DNA from: Chloroflexota bacterium
GTDB lineage: Bacteria; Chloroflexota; UBA11872; VXOZ01
NCBI GenBank assembly: GCA_965220175.1
Contig: OZ244814.1
Span: forward strand, 2,439,045-2,503,044
Length of the DNA: 64,000 bases
Reading direction: 5' to 3'
Part shown: piece by piece, positions 9,003 through 20,453 of the stretch
Position numbering within the stretch: position 1 is the stretch's first letter
How the letters are laid out: each line of letters opens with the position of its first letter
Notes under the pieces: model-generated
What the model saw: only the letters and a program-made list of their open reading frames with translations
What the model was told of the DNA's origin: nothing
The model's database searches: none
Translations under genes and position numbers: made by a program

Positions 9003-11492
9003 CTATATTACGGCAGCTTCCGCTGGTACGTTGTTCGCGGAACGCCGCTCGGCTGCGGTGAAATGCAGCCGTTCTTCCTGCAATTCTACCGTTACGGTGT
9101 AGTTTTCGGCAAGCGTCCCATCCAACAGCATCTTAGCAAGCACATTCTCAATCTCTCGCTGCACCAGCCTGCGCATGGGTCTCGCTCCGTAGTCATGGTC
9201 GTAGCCGTGCTCTACCAGCCAGGCCTTTGCCGCAGGAGTGACCTGAAGCGTGACATCACGCTCTTCCAAGCGCTCCCGGACTTCTGAGAGCATGCGTTCG
9301 ACGACGTCCTGCAACTGCAGTTTGCTCAAGTAATGGAAGACGACGATCTCATCAATGCGATTGAGGAATTCGGGTCGGAATGTCTGCCGCAACTCTTTGT
9401 GCAGCGTTGCCTTCAAGGACTCGTAGTCCTCCCGTTTAGCCTCAGTGCCGTCCGGCTGAAAACCCAGCATGCCGTTGGAATTCAGCACATTGGTCCCGAC
9501 GTTTGATGTCATGATGATGACCGTATTGCGGAAATCGACAACATGCCCGTGGCCGTCAGTCAGGCGCCCGTCTTCCATGACTTGAAGGAGAGTATTGAAT
9601 ACGTCAGTATGCGCCTTTTCGATTTCGTCGAACAGAATCACGCGGTAGGGCCGCCGGCGCACGGCTTCCGTCAACTGTCCGCCTTCTTCAAAGCCAACGT
9701 AGCCGGGCGGCGCGCCGATGAGACGGCTCACGGTGTGGCGCTCCCGGTATTCGGACATGTCAATGCGTACCAAGGCGTCTTCATCGTCGAACATGAACTC
9801 CGCTAAGGCTCGCGCCAGTTCGGTCTTCCCCACACCGGTAGGGCCCACAAAGAGAAAGCTGCCAATCGGCCGCTTGGGATTGGCCAGTCCGGAGCGCGAG
9901 CGCCGTATCGCCTCGGAAGCCGCCACAATGGCTTCTTCCTGGCTTACGATACGCTTGTGGAGTTCAACTTCCATCTGCAGCAGCTTGTCAGCTTCTTCCT
10001 GGAAGAGCTGCGCCACCGGAATGCCGGTCCATTTTGCAAGTACCTCGGCGACGTCTCTGGCGTCAACCTCATCACGGATTTCCTGGCTGCCTAGCCACTC
10101 ATTGCGCGCGGACTCATATTCTTCCTGCAGCCGCAAGTGCTCGGTGCGGGAATTGGCTGCGCTTTCGTAGTCCCGCTCTTGCCAGGCGGCTTCTTCCTTG
10201 CGCTCACACTCCTTGAGCCGTTTTTCAAGCGCTTTGATTTCGTCCGGCATGCTGAAGATCTCCATGCGCACCTTCGCTGCCGCTTCATCGATGAGATCTA
10301 TCGCTTTGTCCGGCAGGTAGCGCTCGGTAAGGTAGCGGTGGGACAACTTTGCCGCCGCAGTCAGGGCGCTATCGTGAATGGTCAGCCGGTGATGCTCTTC
10401 GTATTTGTCCCGCAGCCCCTGCAAAATCGCGATCGTGTCCTCCAGGGACGGTTCATCGACGTATACCGGCTGAAACCGGCGTTCAAGGGCAGAGTCCTTT
10501 TCGATATACCGGCGATATTCGTCGAGTGTCGTGGCGCCGATGACCTGCAATTCGCCCCGCGCCAGCGCGGGCTTGAGGATGTTGGCGGCATCGATGGCCC
10601 CTTCAGCGCCGCCCGCACCAACGACGGTGTGGAGTTCGTCGATAAAGAGAATAACCTCGCGCTTGGCTTTCTGCACCTCTTCTACGACGCCCTTGAGACG
10701 CTCTTCAAATTCACCGCGAAACTTGGCCCCCGCAAGCAGCGCGGCCATGTCCAGTGCGATGACGCGCTTCTCGCGCACTTGCTCCGGCACGTCTCCACTC
10801 GTGACGCGCTGCGCGAGACCTTCGACAATTGCAGTCTTGCCTACGCCTGGTTCGCCCATGAGAACAGGATTGTTCTTCGTGCGCCGTGTGAGGATCTGCA
10901 TCAGTCGGAGGATCTCTTCGTCGCGCCCTATGACAGGGTCGAGCTGTCCATTGCGTGCCAACTGCGTGAGATCGATGCCGAATCTTTCTAGCATGCGGTA
11001 CTTCGATTCCGCTTCCGGATCGGTGACGCGATGGGTACCGCGCACTTTTTCCAGCGCCTGATAGATCTTCTCGCGATCGACGCCGGATTCCCGCAGAATC
11101 TGGTAAGCTTCGCTATCCTCGGCCTCGGAGATTGCAATCAAGAGATGTTCGGTGCCAACATATTCATCCTTCAGGCGACCCGCCTCTCTTTCAGCCGTCT
11201 CAAGTACCCGCTTGGCCTGCGGCGTCAAGTAGTATTGTGCCTGCCCGCTCTGGCCGAACGAGATATTCGGACGTGGCTGCAGAGAACTCTCGAGTTGTCG
11301 TTCTAACTCCATTGCATCTACGTTGAGGATGCTCAGCATTTGTGGCACCAGACCGTCACTCTGCTGAAGCAGCGCCAACAGTATATGTTCTGTGTCCAAC
11401 TGATTGTGGTTATGCTGAAGCATGAGCTCCTGGGCTTTGCCCAGTGCCTCTTGTGCTTTAGTCGTGAATCGGTCATTCCACGCCATCGTCAT
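9003..11492 (-). CDS. clpB: ATP-dependent chaperone ClpB (two AAA+ modules with coiled-coil M-domain)
   Basis: Walker A motifs GEPGVGKT and GPTGVGKT are present, along with a long coiled-coil insertion and an N-terminal repeat domain. The ORF is open back to 11555, but the conserved N-terminus ([15 protein letters not shown]) and a GAGGA RBS favour a start at 11492. Confidence 0.93.
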   Translation of the reverse strand: MTMAWNDRFTTKAQEALGKAQELMLQHNHNQLDTEHILLALLQQSDGLVPQMLSILNVDAMELERQLESSLQPRPNISFGQSGQAQYYLTPQAKRVLETAEREAGRLKDEYVGTEHLLIAISEAEDSEAYQILRESGVDREKIYQALEKVRGTHRVTDPEAESKYRMLERFGIDLTQLARNGQLDPVIGRDEEILRLMQILTRRTKNNPVLMGEPGVGKTAIVEGLAQRVTSGDVPEQVREKRVIALDMAALLAGAKFRGEFEERLKGVVEEVQKAKREVILFIDELHTVVGAGGAEGAIDAANILKPALARGELQVIGATTLDEYRRYIEKDSALERRFQPVYVDEPSLEDTIAILQGLRDKYEEHHRLTIHDSALTAAAKLSHRYLTERYLPDKAIDLIDEAAAKVRMEIFSMPDEIKALEKRLKECERKEEAAWQERDYESAANSRTEHLRLQEEYESARNEWLGSQEIRDEVDARDVAEVLAKWTGIPVAQLFQEEADKLLQMEVELHKRIVSQEEAIVAASEAIRRSRSGLANPKRPIGSFLFVGPTGVGKTELARALAEFMFDDEDALVRIDMSEYRERHTVSRLIGAPPGYVGFEEGGQLTEAVRRRPYRVILFDEIEKAHTDVFNTLLQVMEDGRLTDGHGHVVDFRNTVIIMTSNVGTNVLNSNGMLGFQPDGTEAKREDYESLKATLHKELRQTFRPEFLNRIDEIVVFHYLSKLQLQDVVERMLSEVRERLEERDVTLQVTPAAKAWLVEHGYDHDYGARPMRRLVQREIENVLAKMLLDGTLAENYTVTVELQEERLHFTAAERRSANNVPAEAAVI

Positions 11493-11617
11493 TCGTCCTC
11501 GTAATTCGCTCTCTTCGTCGGGACTGGCCGCCATCGCCGCCCTTTGGCTCTCCATGCCTTTTGCATGTCCGAAGCGGTGGTGGTGCGCAAGCCGATTGAC
11601 TCTCGGCTCACTAAGAC

Positions 11618-11980
11618 CTAGTAGTTGCGCGTCACACGCTGCAGCAAGCCTTTGAGCCGGGCAATTTCCGTTTCGTACTGTTCCCGCTGAGCGGTGAGCT
11701 TCTGTTCCATTTCCTCTTGGAGCCTCTCCATGCGCTCGGTAAGATTTAGAATCACTTCCACACCGGCGAGATTGACGCCAAGATCGTTTACGAGTCGCTG
11801 GATCTGCTCCATGCGCTCCAGGTCGGCGTGTGAATAGAGGCGCACATTGCCTTTGGAACGACGCGGCTTTACCAAGCCTAGTCGTTCGTAGTGCCGCAGC
11901 GTCTGGGGATGAACGCGCAACACCTCGGCCACAACGCCAATCGCATAGAACGGCCCTTCGCCTTCAAAGCGTATATTCAT
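11618..11980 (-). CDS. hspR: MerR-family heat-shock repressor HspR
   Basis: 120 aa with an N-terminal MerR HTH (YAIGVVAEVLRVHPQTLRHYERLGLV) and a coiled-coil C-terminus. It sits immediately after dnaJ and before clpB, as in actinobacterial dnaK operons. Confidence 0.85.
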   Translation of the reverse strand: MNIRFEGEGPFYAIGVVAEVLRVHPQTLRHYERLGLVKPRRSKGNVRLYSHADLERMEQIQRLVNDLGVNLAGVEVILNLTERMERLQEEMEQKLTAQREQYETEIARLKGLLQRVTRNY

Positions 11981-12032
11981 GGTATTTCACTATCTCCCCA
12001 GTGAGGCTTTGGGTTGTCCCTCGCCGCGTGTG

Positions 12033-13046
12033 CTATGCAGTGACAGGACTCTCTTTGCGCAATTGCGCTAGTTCTGCGAAAAGCTTCTTCTCACGAGGCG
12101 TCAGTCCTTTCGGCAAGCGGACTTGCACGCGCACAAATAAACCGCCGCGTTCGCCGCCCTTAAGCCTCGGCATGCCCTGGCCGGCGAGCCTGAAGACCTG
12201 TCCATTTTGCGTTTCGGCAGGGATGCGCATCATGACGCTTTTGCCGTCCGGCGTCGGTACCGGGACTTCCGCGCCCAAGACGGCGTCCACCAGCTCTACT
12301 TGCACGTCCACGTGTAAGTCGTCGGACTTCAATTCATACTGCGAATCAGGCGCGATCTTTACAATCAGATAGAGGTTGCCGCGCTGCCCATCTCTCCCGG
12401 GATGCCCTTCCCCCGCGACGCGAATGCGCGATCCCTCACGCACGCCGGCTGGAATCTTCACGTCTAGCCGGCGCTGCCGCGTCTGGGCGCCACTGCCGCG
12501 ACAAACGGTGCACACCATGCTCTCGATGCGTCCCGTTCCAACGCATGCGGGACATTGACCTGGAACCTGCAGATTGAATGAGCGGCGAGTCCCTGCATAC
12601 GCCTCAGCCAGAGAGACTTCGAACTCCTGTTCTAAGTCTCTGCCCTGTTGCTCGCCAGGCTGCTGCATTCGCCCAAAGAGCGTCTCAAAGAAGTCGGAGA
12701 ATCCGCCGGAACTTCCTTTGCCGCGTCCAAGTCCGTCGAAGTCGATGCCACCAAGGCCACCGATATCAAACGGGAAGCCGCCACCCGCGCCAGTGCGCGC
12801 GTGAGTCTGCCAAGAGCGCCCGGACTGGTGAGCAGCGCGCACTTGATCGTAGCGCGACCGCTTCTTGTCATCCCGGAGTGCCTCGTATGCCTCGTTTATC
12901 TCCTTGAAGCGCTCTTCAGCGCTAGCGTCACCGGGGTTGACGTCCGGGTGATACTTGCGAGCGAGCCTCCGGTACGTCTCTTTGATCTCTTTGGAGGATG
13001 ACTTGGGACTAACGCCCAATACCTTGTAGTAGTCCTTGAACTCCAT
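12033..13046 (-). CDS. dnaJ: Molecular chaperone DnaJ
   Basis: J-domain with the HPD motif (YHPDVNP), a G/F-rich linker and four CxxCxG zinc-finger repeats. The ORF extends to 13067, but the conserved start MEFKDYYKVLGV is at 13046. Confidence 0.9.
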   Translation of the reverse strand: MEFKDYYKVLGVSPKSSSKEIKETYRRLARKYHPDVNPGDASAEERFKEINEAYEALRDDKKRSRYDQVRAAHQSGRSWQTHARTGAGGGFPFDIGGLGGIDFDGLGRGKGSSGGFSDFFETLFGRMQQPGEQQGRDLEQEFEVSLAEAYAGTRRSFNLQVPGQCPACVGTGRIESMVCTVCRGSGAQTRQRRLDVKIPAGVREGSRIRVAGEGHPGRDGQRGNLYLIVKIAPDSQYELKSDDLHVDVQVELVDAVLGAEVPVPTPDGKSVMMRIPAETQNGQVFRLAGQGMPRLKGGERGGLFVRVQVRLPKGLTPREKKLFAELAQLRKESPVTA

Positions 13047-13130
13047 TGCACTCTCTCTACAGCGCAAGGTGTATGGCTAGACCCTTGGCCTGCCGCAGCC
13101 TAGACTATCCAATCTCGCGATTCCATCTCG

Positions 13131-13766
13131 TCAGCGCGGCTGGGCTACACGCACTTTTGCCGGTCTGAGTACCGCGTCGCCAAAGAGATAGCCCGTCTGT
13201 AGCTCGCCGATGACGGTATCGGCATCTACGCCATCTTCCGCCGGCTGCACTTCTACCGCTTCGTGAAAACGCGGATCAAAAGGCTCGCCAACGGCTTCAA
13301 TTCGCTTCACTTCCTGACGCTCCAACGCTTCACGAAGCTGCCACAGCGTCATGCGGACTCCCGTTAGCAGGTCTTCCACGGAATCCGTCTGGTGCTGTTC
13401 CTGATACTCGACAGCCCGTTCCAGATTGTCGATCACGGGCAAGATTGCTTCGAAGGTTTGCCGCTGGCCGTCGCGGACGCCTTCCGTTACAAACTGAACG
13501 GACCGCTTGCGATAGTTCTCCAGGTCGGCTTTGGCACGCAGAAAGCGATCCTTGTACGCATCGGCTTCCTGCGTTGCTGCGGCCAGTTGTTCTTCAATCG
13601 ATGGCTCTGGAGTGGGCTCTGCTTGAGCAGAGTCTTCTTTGCCATCGTCGGCAGACATGTCCTGACAATCACTATCGGCCACGGAATCAGCGGCAATTGC
13701 CTCGGATTCTGCAGCGGTAGGCTCTTCATGTTTCCCTGTCGGTGCCACGAGATTCTTACCTCCCAC
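13131..13766 (-). CDS. grpE: Nucleotide exchange factor GrpE
   Basis: 211 aa with an acidic N-terminus and the GrpE core (YKDRFLRAKADLENYRKR). Confidence 0.85.
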   Translation of the reverse strand: MGGKNLVAPTGKHEEPTAAESEAIAADSVADSDCQDMSADDGKEDSAQAEPTPEPSIEEQLAAATQEADAYKDRFLRAKADLENYRKRSVQFVTEGVRDGQRQTFEAILPVIDNLERAVEYQEQHQTDSVEDLLTGVRMTLWQLREALERQEVKRIEAVGEPFDPRFHEAVEVQPAEDGVDADTVIGELQTGYLFGDAVLRPAKVRVAQPR

Positions 13767-13796
13767 GGAGTGGCATTCCTTGGAGCCACATCTCTT

Positions 13797-15767
13797 TTAG
13801 CGCTTTTCGCTACCGGACGCCTCACTCGTTTCTTCAGCGTCGGTTTCATCTGTGGCACGAAACTCGGCGTCAACAACAGTATCGTCTGTGCCGTCGCCGT
13901 TACTTGCTTGCGGGCCTGCCGCGGCGCCGACCGGTTCGCCGTCTTCGCCCTGCGCCGCACCGGCCTTGGCATACATGGCCTCACCGATCTTCATCGATGC
14001 CTGCTGCACCTCTTCCACCGCGGCGTTGATTTTGGCAGTGTCATCGCCCTTGAGCGCCTCGCGCAAATTCTCGAGAGCGCTCTCGACAGCCGCTCGATCT
14101 TCCTTAGGGATGTCTTCCTCTCCGAGGTCCTTGAGCGTGCGCTCTGTCTGATACAAGAGGGTGTCCGCGCGGTTGCGTGTCTCAACCTCTTCGGCCCGGG
14201 CGCGGTCATCGTCAGCGTGCTCTTCGGCCTCCTTGACCATTTGGTCCACCTGCTCTTTGCTGAGGGTCGTGGACGCGTGAATGGTGACGTTCTGTTCCTT
14301 GCCGCTGCCCAAGTCTTTCGCGGTCACGTTGAGAATGCCGTTGGCGTCGATATCGAATGTTACGTCAACTTGCGGCACACCGCGCGGCGCAGGCGGGATG
14401 CCCTCCAGCCGAAACTGGCCGAGGAGCATGTTGTCCTTCGCCATTGGGCGCTCGCCCTGAAAGACCATGATGTCCACGGCGCTCTGGCCGTCTTGCGCGG
14501 TGGAGAAGATCTCGCTCTTGCGCGTAGGCACCGTGGTATTGCGCTCGATCATCTTGGTAAAGACGCCGCCGAGCGTCTCCACGCCGAGGCTCAATGGCGT
14601 GACGTCGAGCAGGACTACGTCCTGTACTTCGCCGCCTAGCACACCGGCCTGAATGGCTGCGCCTACCGCTACTACCTCGTCCGGATTGACGCCCTGGTGG
14701 GGATCCTTGCCAATGAGCTTCGTAACCAGCTCTTGGATTACCGGCATGCGCGTTGCTCCGCCCACGAGGACCACCTCATCGATGTCATTGGGGCTGAGCC
14801 CGGCGTCATTCAAGGCCTGTTGAAACGGCCTCTTTGTTCGCTCAGTCAAGGTCGCGGTCAAGTCCTCAAATCGTGCGCGCGAGAGTGTGTGAGATAGGTG
14901 CTTGGGACCATTCTGGTCGGCAGTAATGTAAGGCAGGTTGATCTCCGTTTGCACCATGGTGGAGAGCTCAATCTTAGCCTTCTCAGAAGCCTCGATTAGG
15001 CGCTGCAGCGCCTGGCGGTCCTTACGCAGATCGATCCCTTCGTCGCTTTGGAACTGCTCGGCGAGATGGCTTACGATCCTGTCGTCATAGTCGTCTCCGC
15101 CAAGGTACGTATCACCGGCCGTGGACTTGACCTCAAACACCCCGTCTCCAACCTCGAGAATCGACACGTCGAACGTGCCACCCCCAAGGTCCCAGACCAG
15201 GATGGTTTCCGTGGTCTTCTTGTCAAGTCCATACGCCAGGGAAGCCGCAGTCGGCTCATTGATGATGCGCAGCACTTCAAGCCCGGCAATCTGACCGGCA
15301 TTCTTCGTTGCCTGACGCTGACTGTCATTGAAGTAGGCCGGAACCGTAATGACTGCTTGCGTAACCTCTTCGCCCAAGTACTTCTCCGCGTCACTCTTTA
15401 GTTTCTGCAGGATCATCGCGGAAATCTCTTCCGGAGTGAAATCCTTGCCCAGAGCCGGCACGGAAACCCGCGCTTCGCCTTTGGGCCCTTTGCTGATCGA
15501 GTAGGCCACCCGGCGGCCTTCGTCCTGCACCTCATCCTCGCGATGGCCCATGAAGCGCTTGATAGACGAAACCGTATTCTCCGGGTTGAGGACCGCCTGT
15601 CGCCGTGCCAACTGGCCAACCAGGCGCTCTTCGCTCTTGGTGAAGCCGACAACCGAAGGGCAAAGGTCGCCACCCTCCGCTGTTGGAATGACGACAGGAT
15701 CGCCGCCTTCCATCACTGCCACCACAGAATTTGTCGTACCGAGATCAATACCAATAATCTTGCCCAT
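13797..15767 (-). CDS. dnaK: Molecular chaperone DnaK (Hsp70)
   Basis: The sequence starts [18 protein letters not shown]. It has Hsp70 signatures throughout and an acidic C-terminal tail. The GGAGG RBS is embedded in the last codons of lon. Confidence 0.97.
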   Translation of the reverse strand: MGKIIGIDLGTTNSVVAVMEGGDPVVIPTAEGGDLCPSVVGFTKSEERLVGQLARRQAVLNPENTVSSIKRFMGHREDEVQDEGRRVAYSISKGPKGEARVSVPALGKDFTPEEISAMILQKLKSDAEKYLGEEVTQAVITVPAYFNDSQRQATKNAGQIAGLEVLRIINEPTAASLAYGLDKKTTETILVWDLGGGTFDVSILEVGDGVFEVKSTAGDTYLGGDDYDDRIVSHLAEQFQSDEGIDLRKDRQALQRLIEASEKAKIELSTMVQTEINLPYITADQNGPKHLSHTLSRARFEDLTATLTERTKRPFQQALNDAGLSPNDIDEVVLVGGATRMPVIQELVTKLIGKDPHQGVNPDEVVAVGAAIQAGVLGGEVQDVVLLDVTPLSLGVETLGGVFTKMIERNTTVPTRKSEIFSTAQDGQSAVDIMVFQGERPMAKDNMLLGQFRLEGIPPAPRGVPQVDVTFDIDANGILNVTAKDLGSGKEQNVTIHASTTLSKEQVDQMVKEAEEHADDDRARAEEVETRNRADTLLYQTERTLKDLGEEDIPKEDRAAVESALENLREALKGDDTAKINAAVEEVQQASMKIGEAMYAKAGAAQGEDGEPVGAAAGPQASNGDGTDDTVVDAEFRATDETDAEETSEASGSEKR

Positions 15768-15772
15768 TCGTT

Positions 15773-18250
15773 CTACGCCTCCTCAGCTATGTTTGGACTT
15801 ATCGGTGTGCCAACCGGTGGACCCTCCGGCGTTGGCGCCGGCAGTCGTTGCTTTCTACTCGAGTGTTTCGTCTTGCTATTCCTCCTGGGAGTGACCTTCA
15901 ACAGCGCGGCATCGAGCACCTCATCCATGGTTTCCGCCCAAATGATGTTCAACTCGTCTAGTGCCTCTTTCGGCACATCTTCGAGGCTGTGCTTATTCTT
16001 GCTTGGCAGAACGACGGACCGCACTCCGGCGCGGTGGGCCGCCAGCAGCTTTTCCTTGAGCCCGCTGACTGGCAAGACGCGGCCACGCAAAGTTACCTCA
16101 CCGGTCATAGCGACGTCCTTGCTTACCGGACGCTGGGTGAAAATCGAGACAATCGAGGTGGCCAGCGCTACACCGGCGGACGGACCTTCTTTCGGCACGG
16201 CGCCGGCAGGAACGTGTACGTGAAGATCATTTCCCTCGATCTCGTCTGCCGCAATATCGAAAGACCGTGCTTTCGCGCGCGCAAAGGAGAGTGCCGTTAC
16301 CGCAGACTCTTTCATGACTTCGCCAAGCTGACCCGTCAGGATGAGATTGCCCTTACCTTTCATGAGAGCCGCCTCTACCGTGCTTATCTCACCCCCGGCG
16401 GCAGTCCACGCCAAGCCGGTGACCACACCGACCTCATCCTTGCGTTTGTCGTGTTTGGTGTTGAGCTTTTCCGGGCCCAACAATTCCTGGACGCGCCGCG
16501 GGCCGATGCGCACTGATTTCTGTTCTCCCGCTGCCACCAAGCGCGCGACCTTGCGGTCGATTGTGGCAATCTGCCGCTCCAGGTTACGCACGCCGGCCTC
16601 TGCCGTGTAGCCGCGGACCACTTTCCGCAGACCCTCATCCGTCATCTTGCACTGTGTGCGCGTGAGTCCATGCTGCTTGAGTTGCCGCGGCACCAAGTAG
16701 TCCCGTGCGATGTGGAGCTTCTCTTCCTCCGTGTAGCCGGAGATATTGATCACTTCCATGCGGTCACGCAGGGCTGGGGGGATAGTCTCTATCAGATTCC
16801 CCGTCGCGATGAAGAGCACCTTCGAAAGGTCATAGGGAACTTCAAGGTAGTGATCGGAGAAGCTGAAGTTCTGTTCCGGGTCGAGCACTTCAAGCATGGC
16901 GCTGGAAGGATCGCCACGGAAGTCAAAGCCGAGCTTGTCGATTTCATCGAGTACGAAGACCGGATTGACCACACCTCCCTGGCGCATACCTTGGATGATC
17001 CTGCCGGGCAGCGCGCCGATGTACGTGCGGCGATGTCCTCTTATTTCGCCTTCATCCCGTACGCCGCCCAAGCTGATGCGGACGAACTTTCGGTCCAACG
17101 CCCGCGCAATCGAACGCCCAAGTGACGTCTTGCCAACACCGGGAGGACCGATGAGACAGAGGATGGGAGTGCGCGCATGCTTGGCAAGGCTGCGCACTGC
17201 CAGATATTCAAGAATGCGGTCCTTGACCTTATTGAGTCCGTAGTGGTCCTGGTCGAGGACGGTCTTGACATGGGTTATGTCAATTTCCTCTTCGGATCCG
17301 TTCGCCCAAGGCAAGCCCAGCAGCCACTCCAAATAGGTGCGCACAATGCCGACTTCGGGCGACGCCGAAGGCATGTTTCCCAAGCGTCCTGCCTCGTGAC
17401 GTGCCTTGTCTTTCACGTCGTCGGGCATGGCGGACTCTTCGATCGCTTTCTTGATTTCCTCGATCTCCGCCAATTGCGGGTTAGTCTCTCCCAGCTCGCG
17501 GTGAATTGCTTTGAGCTGTTCCCGAAGATAGTACTCCCGCTGCGCTTTTTCCATGCCCTGCTGGATCTCGCCCTGGATCCGCGCCTTGACCTCGGAGATT
17601 TGCAGTTGCCGCGCCATGATGCGGTAGACGCGCTGCAAGCGTTCTACGGGGTCGACGATATTGAGCAATGTGCGCCGTTCATCAAGCGTTAGCTCCGGCG
17701 CGTAGCCAAAGAGGTCGGCGAGACGACCGGGATCGTCCATGCCCCGCGCCACAGCCACCGCATCGCGCGGTACCTGGGGTTCTTTTTCGACATACGCTTC
17801 GATTTGGTTGATTACGCTGCGCACGAGCGCTTCCGTTTCCAGGCTGGTCTCGGCCACCTCTTCTACAGCTTCCACTTCCGCGATCAGATGCTTCTTCTTC
17901 CAAATGCTGTGCAACAGACCCCGCTGCTGCCCTTGGAATAGCGCCTGGTGCTTGCCATCGGGAAGGCGAATGAGTTGTCCCACCCCTGCAATGGTGCCCA
18001 CAGTGCCCGCATGTTCTCGTTTTGGCCGCTGCAGGTTGAACTCCGAGTCCGGCGTCAGGAGCAAGACCTTGTGGTCGCCCTCCGTTGCCGCCGATACCGC
18101 ACGGAATGCGGCTTCGTCTTCCAAACGCAAGGGAACCGTCATATATGGAAAAACGACGGAGTCCGTGAGCACGACGACCGGCAGGCGCAAGAGTTCCTGA
18201 TCAGTTGAAGTCTCGTTAGTGCTTGTTTCCTTTTCCGGCTGTTCTGCCAT
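15773..18250 (-). CDS. lon: ATP-dependent Lon protease (LonA: N-domain, AAA+, S16 peptidase) with a basic/Pro-rich C-terminal tail
   Basis: Walker [10 protein letters not shown] and the catalytic Ser context [17 protein letters not shown] are present. Length is 825 aa. The stop codon lies 5 nt before the dnaK ATG. Confidence 0.95.
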   Translation of the reverse strand: MAEQPEKETSTNETSTDQELLRLPVVVLTDSVVFPYMTVPLRLEDEAAFRAVSAATEGDHKVLLLTPDSEFNLQRPKREHAGTVGTIAGVGQLIRLPDGKHQALFQGQQRGLLHSIWKKKHLIAEVEAVEEVAETSLETEALVRSVINQIEAYVEKEPQVPRDAVAVARGMDDPGRLADLFGYAPELTLDERRTLLNIVDPVERLQRVYRIMARQLQISEVKARIQGEIQQGMEKAQREYYLREQLKAIHRELGETNPQLAEIEEIKKAIEESAMPDDVKDKARHEAGRLGNMPSASPEVGIVRTYLEWLLGLPWANGSEEEIDITHVKTVLDQDHYGLNKVKDRILEYLAVRSLAKHARTPILCLIGPPGVGKTSLGRSIARALDRKFVRISLGGVRDEGEIRGHRRTYIGALPGRIIQGMRQGGVVNPVFVLDEIDKLGFDFRGDPSSAMLEVLDPEQNFSFSDHYLEVPYDLSKVLFIATGNLIETIPPALRDRMEVINISGYTEEEKLHIARDYLVPRQLKQHGLTRTQCKMTDEGLRKVVRGYTAEAGVRNLERQIATIDRKVARLVAAGEQKSVRIGPRRVQELLGPEKLNTKHDKRKDEVGVVTGLAWTAAGGEISTVEAALMKGKGNLILTGQLGEVMKESAVTALSFARAKARSFDIAADEIEGNDLHVHVPAGAVPKEGPSAGVALATSIVSIFTQRPVSKDVAMTGEVTLRGRVLPVSGLKEKLLAAHRAGVRSVVLPSKNKHSLEDVPKEALDELNIIWAETMDEVLDAALLKVTPRRNSKTKHSSRKQRLPAPTPEGPPVGTPISPNIAEEA

Positions 18251-18296
18251 GCAAATGCGTCCTCATTCACTCCCGTAGGAAGGTTTCGCTACAAAT

Positions 18297-18325
18297 ATAG
18301 TACAGGTTGAGTGTCTTCGTGTCAA
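18297..18325 (-). promoter_or_regulatory. Sigma70-like promoter upstream of lon (minus-strand reading: TTGACA, 17-nt spacer, TACTAT)
   Basis: A perfect -35 hexamer and a TAnnnT -10 with 17-nt spacing sit about 45 nt upstream of the lon ATG. A GGGAG/GAGGA RBS follows. Confidence 0.4.
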
Positions 18326-18326
18326 C
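18306..18326. promoter_or_regulatory. HAIR-like inverted repeat (gTTGAGT-N7-tgTCAAc), candidate HspR operator overlapping the lon promoter -35 and spacer
   Basis: Plus strand reads GTTGAGTGTCTTCGTGTCAAC. The minus strand reads GTTGACA-cgaagac-ACTCAAC, against the HAIR consensus CTTGAGT-N7-ACTCAAG. Spacing is correct and the arms match 6/7 and 4/7. Confidence 0.35.
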
Positions 18327-18664
18327 TAAACTACACTGCGCTACATAGTATTATCCTACACATTCGTATGAGATAGGGCAAGCTTGCTGCTGCCGCACGA
18401 AGCTGCAGATACTCTAACCGCAATAGAACACCAGCCACGCACTCGAGACGTCGCGACTTACCACCGCAATCGAATTCAAGGGACCGCCGCCGTGTTGCGA
18501 CTAACGCCACCGTGTGCGCGGCGACAGGCTCCTCCCTTAAAATGTCAAGCCGCCCGGGCGTACGAGCGGCTTGACATCAGGAAAAATGGAGGAAGGATCG
18601 GAGCGTATATGTGTGGGTTACATATACGTACATTCAGTTTTGGGTGAGCACCGGTATTGGTGCT

Positions 18665-20254
18665 TCAGTCGAAGAGCAACGCCTTCCGGCGCAGAATTGT
18701 GTCGCCTAGGAGTCCAAGTTGCACTTCATATCGCGTTCCGGCGTGCTGTGGATGGTATTCGAAACGCGCACGTTGGAAATACTGTACGGTCTTGCCGTCT
18801 TCGAAGACCTCCTGCGTGATGGGATAACCGAAGATGTAAATGCCACCGTTCTCCCGGAAATACTTAAGGAACGCAAAGTGAACGGAATGACCGGTTTCCG
18901 GAAAATACTGCTGTGATTCGGTCGTCGGCATTGGCGCAACTCTCGTAGCTGGTGGCTCGCCATTGCGGATTGCATTGCCAAGCAAGGTAAGTTGAACCTC
19001 GTAGGGAGTGCCTGCGTGTTGCGGGTGATACTCGAAACGTGCACGCTGAAAGTACTGCACGATCTTGCCATCTTCCGTCATCTCTTCGGTACGTGGATAC
19101 CCGAAGATATCGATACCACCGTTAGCCTCAAAGAACTCTCGAAAGCCGCCAAAGACATTGTGACCCGTTTGATTGAAATACAGCACGCCCGGACTGTTGA
19201 TTCTGGGCACCGGATCGGTGGGCAATCGATCGCGCAGGCCGATACTCACCCACAAGTCGTCGCCTAGGTTTTGGCCGCCCGGTCCTTGCATGCTCCAGAC
19301 GCTCATACATTCCCCGCATACGGTAGGCGCGCGCAGCCTCAGACTCACGGCGCCGGTCTGCCCCGGCATGAGGTAGGGCAGGGGTACGCTTACAGGTCCG
19401 CCAAACTGGTTTCTACCTTTGAATACCAGTCGGAAGTCGCCGTTCCACGGCACCCCGCCGGTGTTCATGACTTTCCACGTCTTTGTAAAACTGCTGCCTG
19501 CCAGCACCGCTGTTCCGTCCGGGATCGTCAGATCCGCGATATAGCGTCCGTCCGGCTCCGTGAAGTACGAGTGAATTCCCTTGTAGAGCGAGGCCGCCAC
19601 TCTCTGCTGGTAGCTAGGGTCATTGAGCTTTATTGCTTCCGCGTAGTTGGAGAGCGTGCCAATCTCTGCGAGTACCGCCGGCAGGTTTATCTTACCGAGA
19701 ATGTAATAGGGTGCCGATTGTACTCCACGATCATCTGCGCGTGTTATCTCCTGAAGGCTATCCCTGATTCTGCGTGCGAGGTTCCTGCTTTGGGCTATGA
19801 GTTCCGGCGGTCGATTGTGGGAGTAGAGGTAACCGTCTTCAGGGCCGAAGAAGACAACCACTCCCGTACGAGAGGCATCTTCCAAGGAGTCTGCGTGAAT
19901 GGATACGAATATGTCCCCATTCGCTTGGTTCGCGATCTGCAGCCGGGCATCCAAGTCCGATCTGCGCCGATTAGCACTGGTCCCCAGGGTCGTGTCGTCA
20001 ACGCGCGTATAGACCGTGGTAGCTCCGGCCGACTCCAAGAGCGCCTTGAGCTTGAGAGCAATCTGGATATTGACGTCTTTTTCTTTGAAGCCATTTACTA
20101 CGGCTCCCGGGTCTTCGCCGCCGTGTCCAGGGTCAATTACTATGACTCTGCCGGCAAGAGAACCCGCCGCCTGTACAAGGCTGCTCGGGAGTACTAACGC
20201 GGCAAAGAGGAAGACAAAAAGAGTGGAGAAAATTGAGACGCGAATAGGCCGCAT
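18665..20254 (-). CDS. N-acetylmuramoyl-L-alanine amidase (Amidase_3) with signal peptide/TM, central Ig-like region and two C-terminal LGFP-like repeats
   Basis: An N-terminal hydrophobic segment is followed by the Amidase_3 core (VIVIDPGHGGEDPGA ... SIHADS). Two roughly 75-aa tandem repeats follow (FGYPxTxExxEDGKxVQYFQRARFEYHPQHAGTxYEVQLxLLG). Confidence 0.85.
   Translation of the reverse strand: MRPIRVSIFSTLFVFLFAALVLPSSLVQAAGSLAGRVIVIDPGHGGEDPGAVVNGFKEKDVNIQIALKLKALLESAGATTVYTRVDDTTLGTSANRRRSDLDARLQIANQANGDIFVSIHADSLEDASRTGVVVFFGPEDGYLYSHNRPPELIAQSRNLARRIRDSLQEITRADDRGVQSAPYYILGKINLPAVLAEIGTLSNYAEAIKLNDPSYQQRVAASLYKGIHSYFTEPDGRYIADLTIPDGTAVLAGSSFTKTWKVMNTGGVPWNGDFRLVFKGRNQFGGPVSVPLPYLMPGQTGAVSLRLRAPTVCGECMSVWSMQGPGGQNLGDDLWVSIGLRDRLPTDPVPRINSPGVLYFNQTGHNVFGGFREFFEANGGIDIFGYPRTEEMTEDGKIVQYFQRARFEYHPQHAGTPYEVQLTLLGNAIRNGEPPATRVAPMPTTESQQYFPETGHSVHFAFLKYFRENGGIYIFGYPITQEVFEDGKTVQYFQRARFEYHPQHAGTRYEVQLGLLGDTILRRKALLFD
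18680..19230 (-). repeat. Intragenic tandem duplication encoding two LGFP-like repeat units of the amidase (approximate bounds)
   Basis: Two protein segments are about 70% identical over roughly 75 aa each; the DNA copies lie at approximately 18680-18900 and 18960-19230. Confidence 0.6.
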
Positions 20255-20453
20255 ACGTATTTCGCCAAATATGATTCAGCGAAGGCAGAATTGAAGGAGA
20301 AAACGAACGTAGAGAGGTCCTACGCTTCAAGTATAGCAGGGCTGCAAAATGCGTGCAAGCGTTTGGGTAGGTAAATTTACAAATTCCTCGAGGATCGTTT
20401 CTTTCGCAGCATTTGGTCCCCGGCGGAAATCCCGTCTTTACGCCCGCCGCGTG

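Noticed and set aside
10137-10991. 284-aa plus-strand ORF
   Set aside because: Antisense to clpB; no recognisable motifs.
13392-14639. 415-aa plus-strand ORF
   Set aside because: It lies entirely antisense to grpE and dnaK, which have unmistakable conserved sequences. It is a long open frame produced by high GC.
18251-18400. CIRCE element (TTAGCACTC-N9-GAGTGCTAA) upstream of the heat-shock operon
   Set aside because: Not present. Only the HAIR-like repeat was found, which fits the presence of hspR rather than hrcA.
19271-20197. 308-aa plus-strand ORF
   Set aside because: Antisense to the Amidase_3 gene, whose signal peptide and catalytic motifs are clear.
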